From contig CAVPCR010000004.1 of assembly GCA_963702435.1 (NCBI GenBank), forward strand, positions 576,001 through 640,000: a DNA stretch of 64,000 bases, read 5' to 3'. The notes beneath the pieces were generated by a model. That model saw only the letters and a program-made list of their open reading frames with translations, did not search any database and was not told the DNA's origin. The DNA is from Candidatus Eiseniibacteriota bacterium. Lineage in GTDB: Bacteria > Eisenbacteria > RBG-16-71-46 > CAVPCR01. This document shows positions 50,774-64,000 of the stretch, piece by piece. How positions within the stretch are numbered: position 1 is the first letter of the stretch; each line of letters starts with the position of its first letter. A program made the translations under genes and the position numbers.

Positions 50774-51355
50774 GTGCCGCGATCGGCGACCAGACTGGGA
50801 GGCACGCATATCGATCCGGCGCTCGCGCGCCGGTACGCGGCGGCGCTCCACACGAGCGCCAAGAAGCGCGGTGTCCTCGACCCGGTGGAGGCGGATCTCG
50901 CCGCCACCGCGGCGCTCCTCGCCGCCGAGCCGGCCTTCCGGGATTTCCTCCTCTCGCCCGACGTGCTCGACGAGCACAAGGACGAGATCCTCGCGCGGAC
51001 GCTCAAGCCGCGGCTGGCGCCGCTGTCGTTCCACTTCCTGCAGCTCCTGTTCAAGAAGCGCCGGCTCGATCATCTGGCGGCGATCCACGACGGCCTCGTC
51101 GAGCTGGTCGAGGCCGAGCGCGGCATCTGGCACGCCGCGGTGACGACGGCGGTGCCGATGAAGCAGGAGCACCAGGTCGAGATCCGGGCGAAGCTCGAAG
51201 CGGTCACCGGGAAGCAGATCAAGCTCGATCTCGATGTCGATCCCGACATCCTGGGCGGGGTCGTCCTGGTGATGAACGGCAAGATAGTCGACGGCAGCGT
51301 GCGCCGGGCCCTCGATCGCCTGCGCGACGAGCTGGCAGCGGTCCGCGTCATTTAG
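50774..51355 (+). CDS. atpH: F1 subunit delta
   Basis: [16 protein letters not shown] and DGSV motifs. Confidence 0.93.
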   Translation: MPRSATRLGGTHIDPALARRYAAALHTSAKKRGVLDPVEADLAATAALLAAEPAFRDFLLSPDVLDEHKDEILARTLKPRLAPLSFHFLQLLFKKRRLDHLAAIHDGLVELVEAERGIWHAAVTTAVPMKQEHQVEIRAKLEAVTGKQIKLDLDVDPDILGGVVLVMNGKIVDGSVRRALDRLRDELAAVRVI

Positions 51356-51407
51356 GTACGAACAGGTACGCAATCGGACAGGTCATTCGAACAGGGAGTC
51401 CACAGTC

Positions 51408-52945
<1,538 letters not shown>

Positions 52946-52964
52946 AACTGGACGCGATCATCCG

Positions 52965-56975
<4,011 letters not shown>

Positions 56976-57037
56976 CGGGGAGCCGGACTCCCCATTCAGG
57001 GATAGGGTCGCGCTTCGGCCGCGGGCCGGCCGGCGGT

Positions 57038-58816
57038 CTATCTGCTGGGGCGAGAGGACGAATCGCGGTAGCGCGTCTTGATCCCACCCCAGGTCACGGG
57101 CTCGATCGCCTGAGTGCAGCCGACGGTGAGCGCCCCGATGAGCCCGCAGCCTGCCGGCGAGTTCTCGGGTGTACAAGGCGACGTCGCCGCGATCGAGAGG
57201 TCGCTGCAGAGTAGCGGGTCGAGCGAGAAGTTGCCGCCCCCATCGACACCGCAAAGCTCGTCGCCGCCCGCGTTGCCGAAGAGGTCGCAGCAGGCAACCT
57301 GCGATGCGCTCTGCCTGCAAGCGATGCCGCTTCCGCCCTCATTGAATGCCACGATCGAGGTGAAGAACGCCCCGCTCACGAAGAGAGCCATGATCCCTGA
57401 GCCGATGGGTCCCTGGTTGCCGACGATCGTGCAGCTCTCGATGCGCGGACTTCCGTCGCGCAGGAAGAGGCCACCTCCCAGCCCGGAATCTCCAGCTGCA
57501 TTGCCGGAAATGACGGTTCGCACGATTGCGGGGTTCGACGACTCCTGCGTCGTGATGCCTGCTCCGCGGAGCGCCCGATTCCCGGACACCGCGCAGTCAA
57601 CGATCTCCGGCGAGCCACGGCTCACGCAGAGCCCACCACCGTCGCCAGCAGCATGGTTGTTCTCGATCGTGCACTCGTGGATCGTGGGAGAGCCGAGGAA
57701 GATGTGGATCCCGCCGCCGTCCCCGGAGCAGACATTGTCGCGAACGAGGCAGCGGGTCACCGCCGGCAGGCTGACGACCAGATGCATGCCGCCGCCGTTG
57801 CCGCCGCAGACGTTGTCCTCGATCACGCAATCAGTGATGGTGCCGCCCGTAGCCAGATAGGCGAGGCCACCGCCGGAATCGGCACCGGTCTCCGAGCCGA
57901 AATCGATGCCACCGAAGGCGTGGCGCAGCGTGAAGCCGGCAAGCCTGAGCTCGCCGGCCCCAATCGCTGTGATCACGCTCAGAGTGTCCGGGTGCGAGGG
58001 GGCGCTGCCATCGATCACGGTGACATCCGGCCCGCCGAAGGAGACGAGCTCGATTGCCTTGCCCAGGATGCGGACGTTCTCGACGTAGGTTCCAGGGCGC
58101 ACGAGGACCCGGTCGCCGGCTTCCGCGTAGTCCACGGCCGCCTGGATCGTCACGAACTGGTCGGGGACGACGATCTCGTCGGCGATGACCGGGTACGAGG
58201 TGAGAAGGTACGCCGCGGACGCGAAGAGGGAGCAGCATGCAGCCAAGGTCGTGCGTGCGGCGCTCGGACAGTCGAGCCGATCGCTTCGCCTGGGCGCCGG
58301 TGTTCGCGTGAACGCATGGGATATCGTCGCCTCCGCTCCAGATTGCCTAGTAGCCCGCTCCGAAACGGATCCCGTGGTCGCGTTCACAGACCCCTGTATC
58401 GTCGAGCGGGATGAACCGGGTTGCGTCCGGCTGGTCGGCGTTGGCTGCGGCGCCACTCGCCTGCCCACTTCTGCAGACACTCCGTCCCGCTTGAGCCTGA
58501 CGTGAGGCGAGGTGCTCTGAAGCTCAAGAAACGCTCGAAAGACGCGCAAAGCCAAGCCCGTCCGATCCCTGACACCCAGTTTTCGATACATGCGCTCGAA
58601 ATGGGTGTGGACAGTGTGCGGGGAAATGCCGAGATTGAAGGCGATGGCTTGCTCCTTCTGATCGTCGAAGACTTGCATCAGGATCTCCGCTTCGCGATCA
58701 GAGAGATGAAGGGACTCAAGAACCGCACGCCACTGCGCGGCGGGCAGCACGTGTGTTCCCTTCTGCGGCATAGCCGGGCGGCCTGGCTCCTTCATCCGTG
58801 TTCCCTCCGTGATCAC
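57038..58816 (-). CDS. LuxR-type HTH fused in frame to a right-handed beta-helix protein with TWGxIK C-terminal motif
   Basis: LSDREAEIL...IAFNLGISPHTVHTHFERMYRKLGV; hydrophobic segment; VPDQFVTIQAAVD...PGTY; GGG parallel beta-helix repeats; ends PVTWGGIKTRYR... Confidence 0.75.
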   Translation of the reverse strand: MITEGTRMKEPGRPAMPQKGTHVLPAAQWRAVLESLHLSDREAEILMQVFDDQKEQAIAFNLGISPHTVHTHFERMYRKLGVRDRTGLALRVFRAFLELQSTSPHVRLKRDGVSAEVGRRVAPQPTPTSRTQPGSSRSTIQGSVNATTGSVSERATRQSGAEATISHAFTRTPAPRRSDRLDCPSAARTTLAACCSLFASAAYLLTSYPVIADEIVVPDQFVTIQAAVDYAEAGDRVLVRPGTYVENVRILGKAIELVSFGGPDVTVIDGSAPSHPDTLSVITAIGAGELRLAGFTLRHAFGGIDFGSETGADSGGGLAYLATGGTITDCVIEDNVCGGNGGGMHLVVSLPAVTRCLVRDNVCSGDGGGIHIFLGSPTIHECTIENNHAAGDGGGLCVSRGSPEIVDCAVSGNRALRGAGITTQESSNPAIVRTVISGNAAGDSGLGGGLFLRDGSPRIESCTIVGNQGPIGSGIMALFVSGAFFTSIVAFNEGGSGIACRQSASQVACCDLFGNAGGDELCGVDGGGNFSLDPLLCSDLSIAATSPCTPENSPAGCGLIGALTVGCTQAIEPVTWGGIKTRYRDSSSRPSR

Positions 58817-59460
58817 GTGTGGTCGTCTACTGGTCGTCGTGCGCCCCGGCGGTGTTAGTGGTCCGTGCCAGGAGATACATCCTCATGGCTGTCCTGCACG
58901 GGCAGAACTTACAGCGTAGGGACCCACAAGCGGGGCTAATGAGCGGATTGCGCCGGCTGAGCCTTGCTCCGAACTCGTGGGCGAAGAAGGCCGACCCGGA
59001 CCGCTCAGCCGTGTTCGTGGTTCGAGTGAGTGCTGTTCTCTGGTGGGTACGCCGCCCTCCTGCCGCGCAATTGGGCATCGCGGCCTCATCGTCGGGCGGC
59101 TTCGCGCCGGGACCCGCTGGGGTCGCCGGGCGGTGAGGTCTGGCCTGGCTCCCGACTCGCGGTCGAGTCGAAGGAACGGAGATGACGATGGCACCGTCCC
59201 TGGTCCCGAGGCAACGGAATTCCGGCTGCAGATTCGCGAGTACCACCGGCGGTTCGGTATCGCGCCTGACGCCTCCTGGGGCATCGATCGCGCCCCTCCA
59301 CCGCCAATGAAACTGGTGATCGAGGGCGAGTAGTACCGGCAGCAGCTCAAGCCTTCGGCAGCGGCCCACAGCGCCGCTGGACAGAAGAATGGAAGGTAGC
59401 GTATAGATCAGCCCGGATGTCACGAACCCGCAGCGACGGGGGAAAGCTCGTGAGAAACCA

Positions 59461-59792
59461 GGGCTACGGGACGGGGGCGAGGCCTTCGCCGGCATGGGCA
59501 GCTACTTCCGCCTCTACAACACCGAGTGGCCGCACCAGGCTTGGACTCCGGACACCGCACGAGGTCCACTGGGGATGGAAGGAGGGGGGTACTACGGGTC
59601 GGGTCGAACCGAGAGCGTGGCTCCTGGAGCTCCTGTGGACGTCGATTTCCCGGAGGTCCCCGTAGAGCAGAGGAAGCCCGAGCCGAAGGGGGATCTGGGC
59701 ACGGTGCCCATGGCAACCCCGGCGGATCACGTACCCCGCAGTATACACCTCACCGTAGGATGGCCGGAAGACTGTCCAAAGAGTGGGGAGCT
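59461..59792 (+). mobile_element. IS3-family transposase C-terminal remnant with possible right end
   Basis: Frameshifted ...EAFAGMGSYFRLYNTEWPHQA/LGLRTPHEVHW resembles the integrase-core YNxxRPHxxLxxxTP motif; followed by CTGTCCAAAGAGTGGGG, resembling an IS3 terminus. Confidence 0.6.
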
Positions 59793-60207
59793 TCCCCGGC
59801 TATCGCCTTGGAAGGGTTGCTGTGGCAGTTGATGACGTCGTTCGGACCGGTGGAGGTGCCCCACGCTCGCTCGCAGACGGCTTTGATGCACGAGCGACCG
59901 TGGCGTGCTATTCGCGGCGCACGTGGTGCTGGTCAAGGGTAGGTGGCGTCCCGCTGTTTAGCGCTCTCCCGGGTGGCAGAGTGCATCCCAGCTGTTCACC
60001 GTGTTGAAGGTGCGCGACCTGAGCCGCGAGCCGTACGCGATCCAGGGCTGGATAACATCTGTCGCTGCACGGACTGACGGCTGAATAGCCGACTTTCTTC
60101 GGACATCGAATGGTCCTCAAGCTTCCTGAGGAAGCTCCCTGGCGCCGGTTAGCGTCATGGATGCAGGCCACCAAGGGATCAGGTCCATTGAGTTCAGGAG
60201 GTGCGGC

Positions 60208-60603
60208 ATGTGGCTAACAAGGAGCATCGTCTATATCCTGGCGTTCCTGGCGTTCGCTGCGCTATCCCCTCTAGCACAAGCGTATCAGTGTGACATAGAA
60301 GACCTGGAATGTGAAGATGACAAGGTGACATGGACTGGTATAGAATGCGATGGGTGCAACCCGTGTCCATTTGTCTTCATCTATCGCCAATCCGCAGATT
60401 CGAATTGCCCGGAAGCAAAGCACAAGATCGGCGAGGCTCTGTGGACTGATTATGGGTTTACAGACCTCCTGGCAGACGGAAGTATGTGCTATACGTACAC
60501 TGTTGAAGTGCGACGCAACTGCACTGAGCAGAAGCCGGACGGAGACCCTGCCTGCAGCGAGGCTGTTAGCAGTTGCATGACGTGCCCCTGCTATCCGAAG
60601 TAG
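60208..60603 (+). CDS. Small secreted Cys-rich protein (12 Cys)
   Basis: AGGAGG RBS, signal peptide ending AQA, 131 aa, visibly more AT-rich than the flanks. Confidence 0.7.
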   Translation: MWLTRSIVYILAFLAFAALSPLAQAYQCDIEDLECEDDKVTWTGIECDGCNPCPFVFIYRQSADSNCPEAKHKIGEALWTDYGFTDLLADGSMCYTYTVEVRRNCTEQKPDGDPACSEAVSSCMTCPCYPK

Positions 60604-60856
60604 GTGAAAGGAGCGGCAGCGGGCGTCGCTCGGCTCGGACAATCGCTCGCCCGCGAACTTGGCGCCGGGCTGGCGCTCCGAGCACGGAGGGCGGGATCGA
60701 GGACTCCTTGCCAGTCTCTGGGCCCGTCCGCCACGCTCGTCGCCGCGGGACGTAGGGGACGGGCGGAGCCCGGCACTCAGGCGGAACCTGTTCATCAGGC
60801 AGGGTCCGACCCTCAGGCGGCGCCCGTCGCTGCGCTCCGAGCGCGCCGCGGCGCGG

Positions 60857-62032
60857 CTACTTCCCGGCCGCAGCCAGGGCGGGGAGCCCGAGAAGCTCGC
60901 GGATCCGGCCGAGGACGATGTCGCCGTCGCGCGCGACGAGCGTCTCGCGCGTGATCTCGTCCTCCATGTTGAGCTGCAAGACGCCGTCCTTGACCAGATG
61001 GAGGAGGAAGGTGCTCACGTTCTTCGCGTACATCTGGCTCGCGTGGTAGGGCACGGTTGCCGGGATGTTCAAGGGGCCGAGGATCGTGACGCCGTGCTCG
61101 ACCACCGTCTCGCCGGCGCGCGTGTACTCGCAGTTGCCGCCGCGCTCGGCGGCGAGGTCGACGACCACGGAACCGGGAGCCATGCTGCGCACGGCCTCCT
61201 TGGTGACGAGGACCGGGGCCCGCTTCCCGGGCACGGCGGCGGTCGTGATGATGACGTCGAAGCGCGCGGCGGCTGCGGCGAGCGCCGCCTGCTGCCGCTT
61301 GTAGAAGTCCTCGCCCATCGCCTTCGCATAGCCGCCCTTGTCCTCGGCGTCCCCGGTGTCGAGGCCGAGATCGAGGAACTTGGCGCCCATGCTCTGCACC
61401 TGCTCCTTGACGGCGGCGCGCACGTCGTAGGCCTCGACCACCGCGCCGAGGCGGCGCGCGCTCGCGATCGCCTGGAGGCCGGCCACGCCGGCGCCCATGA
61501 CGAGCACCTTGGCCGGGGTCAGCGTGCCGGCCGCGGTCATCATCATCGGGAACATGCGCGGGAGCGTGCTCGCGGCGAGGAGCACGGCCTTGTAGCCGGC
61601 GATCGACGCCATCGAGGAGAGGACGTCCATGCTCTGCGCGCGCGTGATGCGCGGCATGAGCTCCATGGCGAAGACCGTGGCGCCGGTGGCCGCCAGCTCC
61701 TTGAGCGGAGCCGGCACCGAGAGCGGATCGAGCGAGCCGATGAGGGCCTGGCCGCGGCGGAGGAGGGGGAGGTCGGCGCGCCCGGCCTCGGGATTGGCGC
61801 CGCCGGCGCGCACCATGATGATCGCGTCGGACCCGGCGAAGAGGTCGGCGCGGGTCGCGACGACCTCGGCGCCCTTCTCCTTGTACACGTCATCGGGAAA
61901 CCCCGCTGCCACGCCGGCGCCGGCCTCGATCTTGACCTTGAGCCCGGCCTTGCCGAGTGCGGTGAGGGTGGCGGGGATGATCGCGACGCGCTTCTCCCCC
62001 GGGAACGTCTCCTTCGGAATGCCGATGATCAT
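60857..62032 (-). CDS. pntA: NAD(P) transhydrogenase subunit alpha, soluble domain I
   Basis: GIPKE...EKRVA, RAQSMDVLSS, GAGVAGLQA, GGYAK, DLAAERGGNC motifs; no TM part. Confidence 0.93.
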   Translation of the reverse strand: MIIGIPKETFPGEKRVAIIPATLTALGKAGLKVKIEAGAGVAAGFPDDVYKEKGAEVVATRADLFAGSDAIIMVRAGGANPEAGRADLPLLRRGQALIGSLDPLSVPAPLKELAATGATVFAMELMPRITRAQSMDVLSSMASIAGYKAVLLAASTLPRMFPMMMTAAGTLTPAKVLVMGAGVAGLQAIASARRLGAVVEAYDVRAAVKEQVQSMGAKFLDLGLDTGDAEDKGGYAKAMGEDFYKRQQAALAAAAARFDVIITTAAVPGKRAPVLVTKEAVRSMAPGSVVVDLAAERGGNCEYTRAGETVVEHGVTILGPLNIPATVPYHASQMYAKNVSTFLLHLVKDGVLQLNMEDEITRETLVARDGDIVLGRIRELLGLPALAAAGK

Positions 62033-62167
62033 GGCGCTGACCTCGAGCGAAAGGCCCTCGACTGGATGCCCCGCGCCGAACGCGCCGGGGCCGAGCGGGC
62101 TGGATTATACGCGTTTCGCGCCGGCTGTCATCCGGGCCGGCCGGGCTGGCGGGCGCGGCGCTGGGCC

Positions 62168-62593
62168 TCAGCGGCCGATCAGCGCGGCGTGGTCGACCAT
62201 GATGCAGCGGTTCATGACGACGAGGAGGCCGGCGGCCCGGGCGCGCTCGGCGGCCGCCTCGTCGGCGATCCCGACCTGCATCCAGACGGCGCGGACGCCG
62301 CGCGCGATGGCCTCGTCCACGTGCGGGCCGACCTCCGCCGAGCGGCGGAAGAGGTTCACGATGTCGATCGGGGTGGCGGCGGGAACGGCGGCGAGGCGCG
62401 GGTACGACGTCGCGCCGAGAATCTCCCGGTGCCCCGGATTCACCGGGACGATCGTGTAGCCGCGGCGCTGCATGTAGAGCGCCACCCGGTGGCTGTCGCG
62501 CTCGGGCTTCGGCGAGAGGCCGACGACGGCGATGGTGCGGGCCGTCGTGAGGAGATCGCGGATCTCGGCGGATGTCGGGTTGGTCGAGGTCAC
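62168..62593 (-). CDS. CoA-binding protein (YccU-like)
   Basis: IAVVGLS...PVNP...VWMQ.G...NRCI motifs. Confidence 0.9.
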   Translation of the reverse strand: MTSTNPTSAEIRDLLTTARTIAVVGLSPKPERDSHRVALYMQRRGYTIVPVNPGHREILGATSYPRLAAVPAATPIDIVNLFRRSAEVGPHVDEAIARGVRAVWMQVGIADEAAAERARAAGLLVVMNRCIMVDHAALIGR

Positions 62594-62687
62594 GGCTCCG
62601 GTTCCGGGTTCGTGGGGGCCAGAAGGCAGGTCACTCTAGCACGAGCGCTTGCGTGCGGGCCGCCGCGGATGTGGGATAATGCGCGAC

Positions 62688-64000
62688 ATGGTGCGACCAC
62701 TGGACGAACAGATCGCGATTCTCCTTTCCGGATGTCTCTTCGCCGACGAGGTGGAAGGAGCCGAGGCGGGCGGCGCGACACTCGGCCCCGACGGCGCGCT
62801 CGGTGCGGCCGGCACGGCCGGCGGACCCGACGCCCCCGGCGCCCCCGGCGCCGAGCGTACGCTCCGTGCGCAGATGACCGCCGAGCTCCGCGCGCGCCTC
62901 GCCGAGAGTCTCCACAGCGGGCGGCCGCTGCGCGTCTACCTGGGCGCCGATCCCACCGCGAAGAGCCTCCACATCGGGCACTTCGTCTCCGTGCAGAAGC
63001 TCCGCCAGTTCCAGGAGCTCGGGCATCAGGTCATCTTCCTGGTCGGCGACTACACGGCGACGATCGGAGACCCGAGCGGGCAGGCGAGCGAGCGGCGGCG
63101 TTTCACGCACGAGCTCGTGATGGAGATGGCCGAGGACTACCAGAACCAGGTGTTCCAGGTCCTCGACCGCGCGAAGACCGAGGTGCGCTACAACGGGGAG
63201 TGGCTATCCAAGCTCACCTTCGCCGATGTCCTCGAGCTCGCGGCCATGTTCCCGCTCAAGTGGGTCGTCAGCCGTCGCGATTTCGCCGAGCGGCTCGCGC
63301 GCGGCGAGTCGCTCCGGCTGCATGAGACCCTCTACAGCATCATGCAGGGCTACGATGCGCACGCGCTCCAGTGCGACGTCCAGGTCGGCGGCTACGACCA
63401 GCACTTCAACCTGCTCGCCGGGCGCTGGATCCAGGAACGCTTCGGCGAGAAGCCACACATCATGCTGACCACTCCACTCCTTCCGGGCACCGACGGCCGG
63501 AAGATGAGCAAGTCCTACGGCAACGAGATCGCGATCCGCGATTCGGCCGCGGACATCTACGGGAAGACGATGCGGGTGGCCGACGAGTACCTCGTGAGCT
63601 ACATCCAGCTGGCGACCGCCTACGCCCAGGAGGAGAAGGCCGAGCTCATCGCCCGCCTCGGCCGCCCGGGTGAGAACCCGATGGCGATCAAGAAGGAGCT
63701 CGCCTTCCACCTGACTGCGCTCTACGCGGGGCAGGCGGCCGCCGAGCGCGCCGCGGAGCACTTCCGCACGGTGGTGCAGGAGAAGGCGGCGCCGGATGAG
63801 GTGGCCGCGGTCGCGATCCCGGCCGAGCTCGCCGCGGCCGCCGCGGGCGCGGGCGTGACGTGGCCCGATCTCCTCGTCGCGCTCAAGCTCGCCGGCAGCA
63901 AGGGTGAGGTCCGGCGCCTCATGCAGCAGGGCGGCTTCTACGTCGAGCAGGAACCGGTCACCGACATCATGGCGCGCTACCGGGGCGGCACCGTGCTCGT
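62688..64000 (+). CDS. tyrS: Tyrosine--tRNA ligase (runs off the right edge of the window)
   Basis: Manual translation: YLGADPTAKSLHIGH, QGYD, GGYDQ, KMSKS and start of the S4 domain. Confidence 0.93.
   Translation, partial: MVRPLDEQIAILLSGCLFADEVEGAEAGGATLGPDGALGAAGTAGGPDAPGAPGAERTLRAQMTAELRARLAESLHSGRPLRVYLGADPTAKSLHIGHFVSVQKLRQFQELGHQVIFLVGDYTATIGDPSGQASERRRFTHELVMEMAEDYQNQVFQVLDRAKTEVRYNGEWLSKLTFADVLELAAMFPLKWVVSRRDFAERLARGESLRLHETLYSIMQGYDAHALQCDVQVGGYDQHFNLLAGRWIQERFGEKPHIMLTTPLLPGTDGRKMSKSYGNEIAIRDSAADIYGKTMRVADEYLVSYIQLATAYAQEEKAELIARLGRPGENPMAIKKELAFHLTALYAGQAAAERAAEHFRTVVQEKAAPDEVAAVAIPAELAAAAAGAGVTWPDLLVALKLAGSKGEVRRLMQQGGFYVEQEPVTDIMARYRGGTVL

Noticed and set aside
60049..60085. 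Second attC site (GATAAC...GCTGCAC)
   Set aside because: Box spacing is off and no matching GTTRRRY end was found.
60770..60800. Hammerhead ribozyme (minus-strand CTGATGA followed by a short stem)
   Set aside because: No GAAA follows the stem, so the catalytic core is incomplete.

Overview
This is a GC-rich bacterial chromosomal window, mostly core metabolism. It carries an M28-PA-PDZ peptidase, system II cytochrome c maturation genes (resB/ccsA) joined to a soluble-arm-only complex I cluster (nuoB-C-D-F-G-I), a radical SAM/SPASM enzyme, an Fe-S oxidoreductase, trxB, a family B DNA polymerase, tRNA-Met, guaB, an HD-GYP response regulator, purEK, a complete H+-type F1Fo ATP synthase operon, gltS, an orphan pntA and a partial tyrS. 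A TWGxIK C-terminal motif and a FlgD-like remnant suggest a Ca. Eisenbacteria/Krumholzibacteria-like lineage (inference only). Two accessory patches look less GC-rich by eye. The first (~43.0-48.05 kb) has an integron attC-like site joining a phosphotransferase gene to a decayed epimerase. The second (~57.0-60.6 kb) has a LuxR-HTH/beta-helix in-frame fusion, an IS3 remnant and a 12-Cys secreted protein. The most interesting unexplained signals are a sigma54-like promoter pointing into a gene-less double hairpin (candidate sRNA), a structured leader before the radical SAM gene, small Cys-rich ORFs with good expression signals (one coupled to a ribbon-helix-helix regulator), a recurring intergenic palindrome and many tandem repeats. 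Single-base frameshifts in atpA, atpD and two other genes are probably sequencing or assembly errors.
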